In this document: one piece after another, positions 29,331 to 40,683 of the stretch
How positions within the stretch are numbered: the stretch's first letter is position 1
How the letters are laid out: each line of letters starts with the position of its first letter
Origin: an uncultured Planctomycetota bacterium
GTDB taxonomy: Bacteria; Planctomycetota; Planctomycetia; Isosphaerales; Isosphaeraceae
DNA length: 64,000 nt
NCBI GenBank assembly: GCA_963845755.1
Contig: CAWJTV010000005.1
Span: 512,001 to 576,000 of the forward strand
Direction: 5' to 3'
Made by a program: the position numbers and the translations under genes
Notes under the pieces: model-generated
What the model was told of the DNA's origin: nothing
Seen by the model: only the letters and a program-made list of their open reading frames with translations
Databases searched by the model: none

Positions 29331-30203
29331 ATGATGCGTCCCAATCGCGCGGAGGGGTGGGCCGATTGGCCTACCAAAGTTGTGATCCAGGTTGTCGGAC
29401 TGAGGAAGTCCTTCCTCGACTATCAGCGCGGATGGATCAACGCGGTCACGGATCTCTCGTTCGAGTGTCAGCCGGGAGCGGTTTTCGGACTACTCGGACC
29501 CAATGGCGCGGGGAAGACCACGACGCTACGGATCCTCAGCACAGTTCTGAAACCGACGGGCGGCCGCGCGGTCGTGGCCGGCCACGATGTGGTAACCGAT
29601 CCCCAGGCGGTCCGATCGAACATCGGTTACATGTCCGCGAGCACTGGGATTTATGATCGCATGACCGCCTGGGAGCTGGTGGAGTATTTCGGCCGCCTCT
29701 ATGGAATGCCGCGCGACCGGCTGGCCGAGAGGATGGAGACGATCTTCGGCTGGCTGAAAATGAACGACTTTCGGGACGTGCTCGGCTCGAAGATGTCCAC
29801 GGGGATGAAGCAGAAGGTCTCGATCGCCCGGACGATCGTCCATGATCCCCCAGTTCTGATTTTCGACGAGCCGACGTCGGGGCTTGATGTCCTCGTAGCT
29901 CGGGCGGTCCTTCAGAAGATTCTCGAATTGCGTGATCTGGGCAAGACGATCGTCTTTTCGACACACGCAATGCATGAGGTCCAGAAGCTCTGCGCCCGTG
30001 TGGGCATCATCTACAGGGGCCGGCTCCAGGCCGAAGGTCCTCCCGACGAGTTGTTGCAACGATTTGACCAGCCGGATCTGGAGGAGCTATTCTTTTACCT
30101 GGTCGAGCGCGCCGAAGCCGACGTTGACGAGAAGATTCCGTGGACAGGAGACCTCGACTTGCGCCCGAAGGACGATTACCAACGGTCCGCTCGCCTTGAC
30201 TAA
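29331..30203 (+). CDS. ABC transporter ATP-binding protein (NatA-like)
   Basis: [27 protein letters not shown]. Confidence 0.92.
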   Translation: MMRPNRAEGWADWPTKVVIQVVGLRKSFLDYQRGWINAVTDLSFECQPGAVFGLLGPNGAGKTTTLRILSTVLKPTGGRAVVAGHDVVTDPQAVRSNIGYMSASTGIYDRMTAWELVEYFGRLYGMPRDRLAERMETIFGWLKMNDFRDVLGSKMSTGMKQKVSIARTIVHDPPVLIFDEPTSGLDVLVARAVLQKILELRDLGKTIVFSTHAMHEVQKLCARVGIIYRGRLQAEGPPDELLQRFDQPDLEELFFYLVERAEADVDEKIPWTGDLDLRPKDDYQRSARLD

Positions 30204-30207
30204 TCCG

Positions 30208-32399
30208 ATGGCGGGATCTCTCATGCACTGGTCGAATGTCGCCGTGATCTTCCGCCGAGAGGTACTGGACCAGATCCGCGACCGCCGTACGTTGTTCATG
30301 ATCTTCGTACTGCCCATCCTCCTCTACCCCATTCTCGGGATCGGCGTCATCTTCTTCGCCTCGGCGCTCGAGGACAAGCCAAGGGTCGTTGTGGTCGTGG
30401 GCGCGGAGCACCTGCCAAAGGTCCCTCACCTACTGAATCCGCAACGCGACGGTTTCTCTGCCGATCTCTTCGAGACGCCAGGGGATGCGGAACGGCTAGT
30501 CGTCCAGGTCCAGCCGGCGTCGGGCCCGTGGGGTGACCCCGCTCGGCGCGAAGAGGAGATCCGACAGGGCAACGCGTCCGCAGTTCTGGTCATCCCTCCC
30601 GATTTGCCTGAACAGCTCCGGCGCGAACATGACGTGGATATTCCGATCAAGTACAAGAGCGTGGCTGAGCCCAGCCAGATCACCTACTACAGGGTCAAAG
30701 ACCTCCTGGATCGGTGGAAGCATCGCATCGTCGAAGCGCGGCTGTTGCGCGATCAGAAGACAGAGAGTTACGCCGAACCCATCCGGGTCAAGGCCGAAGA
30801 TGTGGCCACGGCCCGAGAAGTGAGTGGCGTCGTCTGGGGCCGGCTGTTCCCTTTTCTGCTGGTTATGATGTCGCTCACCGGGGCGTTCTATCCGGCGATC
30901 GACCTCTGTGCCGGTGAGAAGGAACGAGGGACGATGGAGACCCTACTCATCAGCCCCGCGAGCCGTTCCGAGATCGTCCTGGGTAAGTTCCTCACGGTAC
31001 TCTTGGCCAGCGCAATGACCGCGCTCTTGAACCTGGTCACGATGGGCTTGACCGGATTGCGAATGGCCGGCTGGATTGGAGCGATCGGTGCCGTGCCTGG
31101 CAGGAAAGCCATTGCCTCGGGGCTCGCTCCGCCGACGTTTCAGGCCGCGTTCTGGATCATCCTGCTGCTGATTCCCCTGGCGGCATTCTTCAGCGCGGTG
31201 TCCCTATCGCTGGCGGTTCTGGCGCGGAGCATGAAGGAAGGGCAGTATTACATGACGCCCCTGTACCTCGTGTGCCTGCCCCTGGTCTTGCTGACGCTCA
31301 TGCCGGGTGTGGAACTGAACCTCTTCTACAGCCTGGTGCCAATCACGGGGGTCGCCTTGCTCCTCCGCGCCTTGATCCTCGGTCAGTACGACCTGGCTTT
31401 CCCCTATTTCCTGCCGGTCATGGTGCCAACTGTGGTTTACGCGGCCGTCGCGCTGCGATGGGCCATTGACCAGTTCCAGCGCGAGGACGTCCTGTTCCGC
31501 GAGGCCGAGCGATTCAGCCTTTCTCGCTGGCTCCGGCATCTGTACCGGGATCGCGAGCCCACTCCGACCAGTGGTGAAGCGATCTTGTCATTCGCCCTGA
31601 TCCTGACCGCTTCCTGGTTCCTGATGCAATACCTGGCGACGCGAGGAGAGCACCGACTCTGGCCAGCGTGGCGGCCGGGCAGTTCATGATCGCAATTCCG
31701 CCGCTCTTCATGGCGGTCCTCCTGACCGCCTCACCGCGGCAAACCTTGCGACTTTACTGGCCAAACGCCCGTTTTCTCCTGTTGGGACTGATCCTGCCGA
31801 TCACATTGAACCCACTGGTCAACGAGATGCAGCCGATCGTCGAACGGCTCTTCCCGATCTCGTCGACGATCAAAGCCGCGCTCGGACAGTTGATGGGCCA
31901 AACGCCGCGCCTCGGACTTGCCATCGTCGTCCTCGCGCTCATACCGGCGGTCTGCGAGGAGCTTGCATTTCGCGGGTTCATCCTGTCTGGTCTGGAACGA
32001 CAGCACCGGACCCGATCGGCCATCCTCCTTTCCGCCCTGATGTTCGGATTCCTCCACGTCTTGCTCAGCCTTTTCCAGCAATTGTTCAATGCGACGCTTC
32101 TTGGCATCATCCTGGGGCTACTGGCGGTACGGAGCCGGAGCATTTTACCGGGAATCCTCTTTCACTTAGTGAACAATACGATCGGCGTTGCGCGGGGCTA
32201 TTTGATCGTCAACTCGGCGGAGGGATCCGTCGCCAGTTGGATCTATCGCAAGCCGTCGGAAGGGCTCTATCATGGAGGGTGGATCGTGGCGGGCGCGCTT
32301 CTCTCGGCCGGACTTCTATATCTCCTGTACAAGTCGAAGTCGGCCCCTCCGGCCAACCTGCTAGAAGACGGTGCGCGCCCCGCCCACTCGGCGTACTGA
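30208..32399 (+). CDS. ABC permease (NatB-like) fused to a CPBP intramembrane protease; frameshift near 31650
   Basis: RDRRTL, AGEKERGTMETLL; C-terminal EELAFRG and H motifs in ORF 31668..32399. Confidence 0.85.
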
Positions 32400-32487
32400 C
32401 GAGGTCTCGGTACCCGACGCGTCGAAGATCTCTCCTGACGGACTCACGCCGCTCCGCCTCCAGTGCGATAGCTCGGGGAAACGCGCG

Positions 32488-33750
32488 ATGAGACGAGACA
32501 CGCTCACCATTCAGGCGCGATACGTCTTTCCGGTGGAGGGTTTGCCGATTGAGAATGGTTCCATGACGATTCAGGGGCCGCGGATCGGCTGGTTGGGCTC
32601 CGCGGACGAACGCGGGGGAGATATCGATCTGGGCAATGTGGCGATCATCCCTGGATTCGTCAATGCGCACACGCACCTCGAACTGTCCCCAATTGCGAGC
32701 AACGGAGCTCCGCAGGGAACGATCGATGAACTGGCCTGGCTGAGGCAGGTGATCCAGCAGCGCCGAGATCAGAGCGATGAGTCCCTCATCCAAAGGGCCT
32801 CGGAAAATGTGCGCGCGTCGATCGAGGCGGGCACGACCTTCGTTGCCGACACGACGACTGGTGGCCTGACCTGGGGGCCGGTCGCGGAGGCGCCGTTGCG
32901 TGCCGTGGTCTTCGCGGAGGTGATCGGACTGCAACGCAACCGGGGTCTCGTGACCGATGCCGAGGCCTGGAGATGGCTGGGTTCAATCCGGCCGGAGTCC
33001 CAGGTTGCCGCCTGTGCCCGGGTGGGTCTGAGTCCTCACGCACCCTACAGCACCTCCGGCTGGCTCTATTACAAAGCGGCAAGCAGCCGGCTCCCCCTGT
33101 CAACCCACCTCGCCGAGATGCCCGAGGAACTGCGTCTGCTGGAGTATCGCGACGGTCCGTTACGGCATTTCCTCGAAGAGATCGGAGCCTGGGACGACGA
33201 ATGGGAGCCGATTGGCCCGCGACCGGCGGACTATGTCCGACGGGGCGAGCTGCGTAAGGCCGACTGGCTTATCGCACATGGGACTTACCTCGAGCCAGAC
33301 GACTTCTGGCAACTTCGGCCCGAGGCTGCGCCCGAGGGCCACCGCGTGGCGATTGCCTACTGCCCCAGGACCCATGCCCGCTTCGGCCATACCGCGCATC
33401 CTTATCGCTCGATGCTGGAAAGAGGAGCCATCGTCTGCCTGGGCACCGACAGCCTGGCGTCCAGCGATAGCCTGAGCATCCTCGACGAGCTTCGCTTCCT
33501 TCACAGACGCGACGAGTCACTTTCCGGCCCCCTGCTCCTCACCATGGCCACGCTCTTCGGCGCCTGGGCTCTCCGCGCCGATACCACGACCGGCAGCCTC
33601 AAGACCGGCAAGTCGGCCGATCTCGCCATCGTGGCCCTTCCGGATCGCGACGATGCCGATCCCTTCAAGCTTCTGCTGGAGTCCGATCTTCCTGTCATCA
33701 GCACCGTTTTCGAAGGGGATTTTGTCGCCGGGCGATGGTCAGGAACGTGA
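32488..33750 (+). CDS. Amidohydrolase family (possible aminodeoxyfutalosine deaminase)
   Basis: PGFVNAHTHLELS, SPHAPYS, THLAE, LGTDSLAS. Confidence 0.85.
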   Translation: MRRDTLTIQARYVFPVEGLPIENGSMTIQGPRIGWLGSADERGGDIDLGNVAIIPGFVNAHTHLELSPIASNGAPQGTIDELAWLRQVIQQRRDQSDESLIQRASENVRASIEAGTTFVADTTTGGLTWGPVAEAPLRAVVFAEVIGLQRNRGLVTDAEAWRWLGSIRPESQVAACARVGLSPHAPYSTSGWLYYKAASSRLPLSTHLAEMPEELRLLEYRDGPLRHFLEEIGAWDDEWEPIGPRPADYVRRGELRKADWLIAHGTYLEPDDFWQLRPEAAPEGHRVAIAYCPRTHARFGHTAHPYRSMLERGAIVCLGTDSLASSDSLSILDELRFLHRRDESLSGPLLLTMATLFGAWALRADTTTGSLKTGKSADLAIVALPDRDDADPFKLLLESDLPVISTVFEGDFVAGRWSGT

Positions 33751-33793
33751 TTCCGCATGCGGCATGGACGAAGTCTCGGTCGCCGAAGTTGGA

Positions 33794-34987
33794 TCAATCC
33801 GGCTTCGGGGAGGTCGAGGAAACCTCTGGTACAATCGGCACCTTCGTGGCGAGAACGTCGGGTACGGACGTAGATCGAGCCGCGGCGACAGGCGGGTCAA
33901 TCACAGTCCGAGATGTTCCATCCACGTCTTCCCGGAGCCAGAGAAAGAGGAAGGCTGTCGCCGTCCAGAAGAAGCTATAAATCCAAGTCTGAACGATGAA
34001 CCTGACCACGACGAGCCAGAAATTGTGGACCGCGACAGTGGCCGGTACGCCCTCCAGACGGCGTTGCCGAAACAGTGATTCGATCAACACGGGATCTCCC
34101 GTCAGCGAGAGATTCCATTGAGTCAGGCGGAGCACGCCCCCAGCCAGCAGGTCCATGGCGAGCAGCCCCAGGAGCCCGACCACCAAGGCCAGGGTCGCTC
34201 CGACGAGATACATACCCAATTTCTGATTCAAATAGCTGTATGTGCGGCTGAGCGCGTCGAGCGCATCGTCGGCGCCGGCGGCCATCGCGGCGTGGAGCAA
34301 CGGCCAACCCGCAACGAGGCCGGCGAGCAGGAGCGTCATGATGAGCCCAAACGCCAGGGGGATAACGAGCCCGACACCAGCGACCATGGCTCCTGACGGC
34401 AGCCGGTATAGCAGGCCAAATACCATACCAATAGGTGTACAAAATATCAGAGCAAACAGGGGGAGGAAGGGAGCGAGGATCAAGGCACTCCCGGATCGCA
34501 GCGCGAATCCGATTCCCTCGCCGATTCGGGGCTGTCGCATCTGAGCTTCCTGAATCACGGCAAGGCGTGCGATCGCTCCCCCGCACATCCCCCAGACCGC
34601 GAATAGCCAGAATAGGGCGAGAAGTGCGTGCACCATCGTCCCCCATCCGCTCGCGGGGTCGAGGAGTGCTTGAAGTGGGGTCGTCAGAATGCGGATAGGT
34701 TCGAGGATTCGGCGCGTGAGCATGGTGCCCCAGTCGGCTAACCATGTCGGTCCGTCATCGGGAGCGATCGGTCTCACGGGCGGTTCCAAGAGGGACGGCG
34801 TGACGGCAGACGATGCGGGCAGTGCGACGTCTAACACGGACCATCCGGCGTGGAGGAGAATCAATCCGAGGGCCGCGATTGCCAGCTTCCTCGGGTCGAA
34901 TGCCATGCGGGTCGCAGCGAGCAGTCGCAGCTCACCGAAGCGGTGATAGGGGAAACGCTGGCCGATCATCGTGGAATCCTCGATCAC
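33794..34987 (-). CDS. Hypothetical multi-pass membrane protein
   Basis: Several TM helices; DALSRTYSYL; LREDVDG. Confidence 0.8.
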   Translation of the reverse strand: MIEDSTMIGQRFPYHRFGELRLLAATRMAFDPRKLAIAALGLILLHAGWSVLDVALPASSAVTPSLLEPPVRPIAPDDGPTWLADWGTMLTRRILEPIRILTTPLQALLDPASGWGTMVHALLALFWLFAVWGMCGGAIARLAVIQEAQMRQPRIGEGIGFALRSGSALILAPFLPLFALIFCTPIGMVFGLLYRLPSGAMVAGVGLVIPLAFGLIMTLLLAGLVAGWPLLHAAMAAGADDALDALSRTYSYLNQKLGMYLVGATLALVVGLLGLLAMDLLAGGVLRLTQWNLSLTGDPVLIESLFRQRRLEGVPATVAVHNFWLVVVRFIVQTWIYSFFWTATAFLFLWLREDVDGTSRTVIDPPVAAARSTSVPDVLATKVPIVPEVSSTSPKPD

Positions 34988-35073
34988 CGGCTCCTCTCGC
35001 GATCTCGACGATCCGTGGGGCGAGCGACGCCTGCCGGCTGCGAGCGTCGGTAGTCAAGCGTCGGCTCATTGGC

Positions 35074-36060
35074 TCAGGGCACGACACAGGTCAGAACCAC
35101 GCTCTCGTTGCGCGGAACGATCTCGCAAGGTCCTACAACCGCAGGCAACAGCAGAGTCTGGCCGAATTCGAGCCGGACATGCTGTCCGCTTTGGACCAGG
35201 TCGGAGCTCCCTTGCAGTCCGATGAGAATCGTGAATCGGTCGTGGCTCCCGATCATGGTGGGCCGCGCAAGGTTCAATCTCACGAGGTCGAAGTAGGGCG
35301 ATCGGGCCAGATGCTCCCGTGTTCCGACGCCAGCGATCACGTCTTTCTCGGGAGCGATCGGATCGACCGGTCCGCGATGAAAGTCGATCGACTCCATGGC
35401 CTCGCGAATGTGGAGTTGTCTGGGATTGCCGTCGGGCCCAACCCGATTCCAATCGTAGATGCGAAATGTGGCATCCGACATTTGCTGAATCTCTGCCAGG
35501 AGCACCCCGGACCCAATCGCGTGAACCGTCCCGGCCTCGATCAGAATCGAGTCGCCAGGCCGGGCCTCGAATCGGTGGAGCAGCGGCTCGACGTTACTCG
35601 ATCGGATTGCGGCCTCGAGATCGCTGGGGGTGACACCGGCCTTCAAACCGGCATAGATCCAACTTCCCGGCTTTGAGGCCAGGATCACCCAGGCTTCGGT
35701 CTTGCCGTGGTCACCGGCCAGGCGACGACCCTTCTCGTCGTCCGGGTGGACCTGGACTGACAGGTCTTGATTCGCGTCGATGAACTTGACGAGGAGCGGG
35801 AACTGGTCGAGCGGTCCGACGGCGGCGCCCAGCAGTTCGCTCGACCGGCTCTGGACCAGTTCGCGCAGCGTGGTTCCGGCGAGCGGTCCTTCGGCGACCA
35901 CGCTGACTTGCTCGTGGTAATCCGAGACCTCCCAACTCTCCGCGTAATCCGACGCCTCGCCGATTGATTTGTGCAGGACCGTCCCGAGTCGGCGTCCTCC
36001 CCAGATGAGTTCGCGGAGGATCGGCTCGAAACGCAGGGGATACAGCGGAATCGTGGGCAT
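35074..36060 (-). CDS. manA: Mannose-6-phosphate isomerase, type I
   Basis: WGGRRL, FPLLVKFIDA, LSVQVHPDD, GKTEAW, AGTVHAIG, EIQQMSD. Confidence 0.93.
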   Translation of the reverse strand: MPTIPLYPLRFEPILRELIWGGRRLGTVLHKSIGEASDYAESWEVSDYHEQVSVVAEGPLAGTTLRELVQSRSSELLGAAVGPLDQFPLLVKFIDANQDLSVQVHPDDEKGRRLAGDHGKTEAWVILASKPGSWIYAGLKAGVTPSDLEAAIRSSNVEPLLHRFEARPGDSILIEAGTVHAIGSGVLLAEIQQMSDATFRIYDWNRVGPDGNPRQLHIREAMESIDFHRGPVDPIAPEKDVIAGVGTREHLARSPYFDLVRLNLARPTMIGSHDRFTILIGLQGSSDLVQSGQHVRLEFGQTLLLPAVVGPCEIVPRNESVVLTCVVP

Positions 36061-36802
36061 GTTGCGTTGAGGATGCTACCTGATTGATGGGGGCGATTCG
36101 ACTTCAAGGTCAGGAGGACGCCCTATTTGTAACTCTCGGAAGGCCAGGATGTCCACAGCGCGGATAAGTAACCGCGTTCAAGTAGAACCGTGACTGCGAA
36201 AAAGCCGATCACAATCATCGAGTCTGGGTCGCCTCACGATGGCGAGTTGATCGATCCAACCTCTGCCTCAACAATGACTTGTCGAGAGATCGCCTCGCAG
36301 AATCCTATCCTGGTCACAAGACCGAGAATCCGCGACGATGAGCCAGGAATCCGTTGCCAATTCTGCAGAACCGCGTAGTTTCGATATTGCAGTGTGCTGG
36401 CGTGACGAGTGACTTCATCCGGACCGCGCGTGATATAATGTCAACCGGGAAGCCATGGACGTGGAGAACCTTGGGGAATGCCAGCCGACAACGTGATTCT
36501 TGAGGCGGTGAAACAAGACTTGCTCGAGCACGACCGGACGCGTTCAGTCGATCCGAACATCGTCCAATTCGATGGAATCTCGAGCACCATGAGACCGAGG
36601 AAAGCATCGCCAACCAGCTGGTCGCAGCCGGAGTGCCATACCAGGACACCACTCTCGCATTCTAATCCTAGATCAAACGAGAGTTCACCGACTTCGCCCT
36701 GGAATAGGTGCGAAATCCTCCTCTCAGACCGTTAGGCCCGGGGACTTTGTTGCGTTGATCGTTCCGCCGACATCCTCGTCACGACGACAGCAAGAGGCAG
36801 CC

Positions 36803-39529
36803 ATGGCCCGACGTCTCGACCGAAGCCTCTCGCACGGCGTGGGCGGCGAACTCCCGGTGTCCGAGCGACGACTGGAGAATGGGCTGAAGGCCCTGGTCTT
36901 GCCGCGTCGCGGTGCGCCCGTTGTGGTCTCGGATCTCTACTATCCCGTGGGCTCGTACGATGAGCCTCCCGGGTTGACGGGATTGTCCCACTTCGTCGAG
37001 CACATGCTCTTCAAAGGGACCGAACAGTTCCCCAAGGGTCAGATCGACCGCGTCGTCTCGTCGGCCGCGGGCCAGTGCAATGCGGAGACGGGCGAGGACA
37101 GCACCCATTACTGGTTTGCGTTCCCGTCGGATCGTTGGGAGCTGGCGCTGACGATCGAGGCGGACCGGATGTGTGGAATGCGGTTTGATCCGGCCGAGGT
37201 TGATCTCGAACGCCGGGTGATCGGCGAGGAGCGTGCCCGCGAACTCAATTCTCCCCAGGGGCGGCTCGACCAGAACCACCTGGCCCTCGCCTACCTGAGG
37301 CATCCCTATCGCAACCCGATCCTGGGTTGGCCGGATGACATTGCGCGAATTGGCGTCGAGGATTTGATCCAGTTCTACCGGGAGCACTATCGGCCCAACG
37401 GAGCGGTGCTTGTCGTGGTCGGCGACGTCGATCCCGACCGCGCACTGGACCGGATCGCCGTCGCATTTGAACGGATCCCCGCGGGCGATGTGCCCGCGTC
37501 GCGTCCGACGATCGTCGAACCACGGCAATCGGGGCGGCGCGACTTCATGATGGCCGAGACGGATGGAGTGGCTCGAGGACTCTTCGGCTGGCGAACCGTG
37601 TCGCGTGGGCACGCCGACGTCCCGGCTCTTGAGGTCCTGGCCGATTTGCTCTGCTTCGGGCGACGGTCGCGGCTCTGGCAGTCGTTGGTCGAGAAAGACG
37701 GCCCAGCGACCTGGGTGGAGGCCTCCCACGCGGCGGCACAACGCGCCGGGCAACTCTTCATCCAGCTTGAGGCGGACTCCGGTATCGACCCGTCCGACAT
37801 CGAGAAACGTGTCCGCGACGAGCTGGTTCGCCTCGCCGATCCCGGTCCTTCGCCCGAGGAGCTGGCGCGGTCGCAACAACGCCTTGAGGCGGCGTGGCGA
37901 TGGGAACGAGAGGACCTTGCAGCACTTGCCTCTGGTTTGGGCAACGCGGCGCTCTGGGGTAACTGGCAGATGTGGCCCGCCGAACATCGCGCGGCGATGG
38001 CGGTCGGCTCCGACGAGATCCGCCGCGCCGCCGCGAGGTACCTGAATGACGAGGCTCTCACCGTCGGATGGTCATTGCCCCGCGTCGTCGTCGAGCCGGC
38101 GGCTCTTGTGGAGGGGCCCGTACCACTCGCCCCGGCGGCAGTCCTGGGCGACGTTCCGGCGAGGGGAAAACGGATGACGAGCCAGCCGACCATCGGGCCA
38201 GACCGTCCGATCGCGTCTTCGGCACGAGCCCTGTCGGTCCCGGGCGGGATCTCGCGCCTCGCGGATTACCGGCCGCGCCGGGTCGTGCTGGATAATGGAC
38301 TGAAACTGGTCTTCGAAAGGCGGCCGGGGTCGGGAGTCGTCGCGCTGGAGCTGTATGTCAACGCGGGGAGCGTTCGCGAGGCCAAGCCGGGCCTCGCCGC
38401 GCTCACTGGGCGGCTGCTGGAAGAAGGAACTGCGACTCGGTCGGCCGAGAAGGTTGCCGAATCCATCGAGGATGCCGGAGCTTCGCTCGAAGTGGGCTCG
38501 ACGGGAGGTTCGGTCCGGGCTCGCGCCGAAGACCTGGCACTGGGTCTGGAGATCCTGGCTGACGTGACGATCCATCCGGCGTTTCCCCCGGAAGCGATCC
38601 GAAGGGTTGCACGTCGGATCGGTGCTGAGCTTTGCGGCGACCTGGATGATCCAGCATTCCGAGCTGATCTGAGCTTCCGCGGCCTGGTCTACGGCGCGCA
38701 CCCCTTGAGCCGGGACGCGCGTGCCGGGAACCGCGAGCTGGCCCGTTTGACCCGACAGGATGTCGTCGACCACCACCGGCGCTATTTCGCGCCGGAAGGG
38801 ACGATCCTCATCGCCACGGGAGATTTCGACCCTCGGCGTTTGATACGGCTGGTTGCGGCTCGGTTCGGCGGCTGGCCCGCTCGTGGCCGCGGGCTACCTC
38901 CGCTGCCGTCGGTGCCCCGACCCGGCCGCCCGCGCGTCCGCCGCATCCAGCAGCCGGGGGATCAGGTTCATATCCTCCTCGGCCACCTTGGCGTCACCCG
39001 CAACCATCCGGACTACGACGCGCTCGTCATTCTCGACCATATCTTCGGGAGTGGCCCGGGTTTCAGCGACCGACTCGGCCGGATCGTCCGCGACGAGCTG
39101 GGGCTGGTTTATGCGATCGGCGGTGGCATGACCGACTCGGCCGACATCCTCCCGGGACTCTTCCGCGTGTATGCCGGTACCACGCCCGAGGAGGCCGATC
39201 GAGTCGTCGCCACGATCACGGACCAGATCCGCGCCATGCGCTCAGGAGCCTTCTCTGATGATGAGGTCGATCGCGTTCGTCGATACCTCACCGGCGCCTG
39301 GGTCTTCGACTTCCAGACCGTCGAGCAGCGAGCCGAGCGCCTGCTCGAGTTGGAGCGCTTCGGGCTCCCGCTCGATGATCCCAAGGACTGGCCGGATCGG
39401 ATCGCGGCGATCACCCCCTCCCAGGTCCGGAAAGCCGCGAGGAAACACCTTCGTCCCGAAGCCCTCTGCCGCGTCGAGCTTGGACCACTCCGTCAGCGTG
39501 GCCATCGCACCCAGGCCGAATGTGCTTGA
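36803..39529 (+). CDS. M16 (pitrilysin) family zinc peptidase
   Basis: Inverted zincin HFVEHMLFKGT; two M16 halves. Confidence 0.93.
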   Translation: MARRLDRSLSHGVGGELPVSERRLENGLKALVLPRRGAPVVVSDLYYPVGSYDEPPGLTGLSHFVEHMLFKGTEQFPKGQIDRVVSSAAGQCNAETGEDSTHYWFAFPSDRWELALTIEADRMCGMRFDPAEVDLERRVIGEERARELNSPQGRLDQNHLALAYLRHPYRNPILGWPDDIARIGVEDLIQFYREHYRPNGAVLVVVGDVDPDRALDRIAVAFERIPAGDVPASRPTIVEPRQSGRRDFMMAETDGVARGLFGWRTVSRGHADVPALEVLADLLCFGRRSRLWQSLVEKDGPATWVEASHAAAQRAGQLFIQLEADSGIDPSDIEKRVRDELVRLADPGPSPEELARSQQRLEAAWRWEREDLAALASGLGNAALWGNWQMWPAEHRAAMAVGSDEIRRAAARYLNDEALTVGWSLPRVVVEPAALVEGPVPLAPAAVLGDVPARGKRMTSQPTIGPDRPIASSARALSVPGGISRLADYRPRRVVLDNGLKLVFERRPGSGVVALELYVNAGSVREAKPGLAALTGRLLEEGTATRSAEKVAESIEDAGASLEVGSTGGSVRARAEDLALGLEILADVTIHPAFPPEAIRRVARRIGAELCGDLDDPAFRADLSFRGLVYGAHPLSRDARAGNRELARLTRQDVVDHHRRYFAPEGTILIATGDFDPRRLIRLVAARFGGWPARGRGLPPLPSVPRPGRPRVRRIQQPGDQVHILLGHLGVTRNHPDYDALVILDHIFGSGPGFSDRLGRIVRDELGLVYAIGGGMTDSADILPGLFRVYAGTTPEEADRVVATITDQIRAMRSGAFSDDEVDRVRRYLTGAWVFDFQTVEQRAERLLELERFGLPLDDPKDWPDRIAAITPSQVRKAARKHLRPEALCRVELGPLRQRGHRTQAECA

Positions 39530-39549
39530 GGGCACGTCCGCCGCCTATT

Positions 39550-39850
39550 ATGAGCGAAGTTGCAATACAAGGGTCGAAGGACGATCGAGCATAAGGTCCA
39601 CCTCGTCGAATTCGACGTCTCGCTGGGTGGCCGTCGGCTCCCGATTCACCGGCCCCCTGCCCCGTGGTGACTATCATGCATTGGCCGCGCGCGACGCGGC
39701 GCCCCGATTGCGACGTCCATGCCTGGACGATCCGCGATCCTTCGCCACGGATCCTCATCCCACGCTTGCCCCCGGATCCCAACGTCATCCTTGACCTTAG
39801 CCCTGTCTTCGCTGCACCCTTCGAGAAAGGGCGATACACCCGCTCGATTA
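39550..39850 (+). pseudogene. Degenerate DUF4058-like C-terminal fragment
   Basis: PDCDVHAWTIRDP...IPRLPPDPNVILDLSPVF...GRYTRSI; cut off by the downstream repeat element. Confidence 0.5.
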
Positions 39851-40390
39851 AGAGTCTGTTCCCAAAGCCCCAGAGGGGCGACCGGACGTAGCCAGGGGCG
39901 TGAGCCCCTGGACGATCGACCGCGATCCCCTCAACCGTCGTTCGAGCCCCGGAGGGGCGACAGACGTCCTCAGGGCCACAGGGTGTCTGTCGCCCCTCCG
40001 GGGCTTCCCGGTTCGGAGGAACTCGCCTCGTCCAGGGGCTCACGCCCTCGTTGTTCTACACAAGTCATAGATCCATAGGGAACAATGGGTTCCGTCAAGT
40101 TGCCGTGGCCAAATCGATCATTTTATACTAATAATGTTATATGTGCACTAGATAATTTATCGGTTTTTCGCGGGAAATCTCAATATCGGCGAAATCCTGA
40201 TAAAAATATGCGTCGCAGGTGTATATACTGTACATGTAGTGTACACTGCCCGCGCGTGGCCCTGTTTCCCATTGCAACTCATTACTTCAAAATGGGTTAC
40301 GACTTGTGTAGATGACCAGGGCTCACGCCCCTGGCTACGTGCTTCCGCCCCCATCCGGGGGCTCAGGAGGGGACTTAGGGAACAGACTCT
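39851..40390. repeat. REP-containing MITE-like element, interrupted by a 268-bp insert
   Basis: Ends AGAGTCTGTTCCC / GGGAACAGACTCT; internal palindromes GTAGCCAGGGGCGTGAGCCCCTGG and GCCCCGGAGGGGCGAC; homologous to 45360-45617. Confidence 0.88.
40048..40315. mobile_element. AT-rich 268-bp non-coding insert with subterminal inverted repeats
   Basis: TCTACACAAGTC (40055-40066) / GACTTGTGTAGA (40301-40312); flanked by duplicated CCAGG(G)GCTCACGCCC; absent from the sister copy. Confidence 0.75.
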
Positions 40391-40683
40391 AACAACTCTG
40401 CTCCGATGACCATCGTGCGGAAGTCCGCAGACCGCGTCGGCGCCGAACGGGTTGCGCGAAGGGCGCGAAGTTGAGTCGGGAAGCTCTGGCAACGATCGAG
40501 CCGCCTGTGGTAAGCTCGGATGACAGGAACGCTCCCGCCTGATCGGCCGTCCCCGCGAGGCCGACACGCGGTGCCGCCAGAAAGGGTTCCGGCCTCGGGA
40601 CTGGCCGTTGCAACCCGCGTCTCCTCCCCAACCCGCCGTTCTCGGCGATTTCCATCCTGGCCCCAATCGGATGGTCCCTTTCC

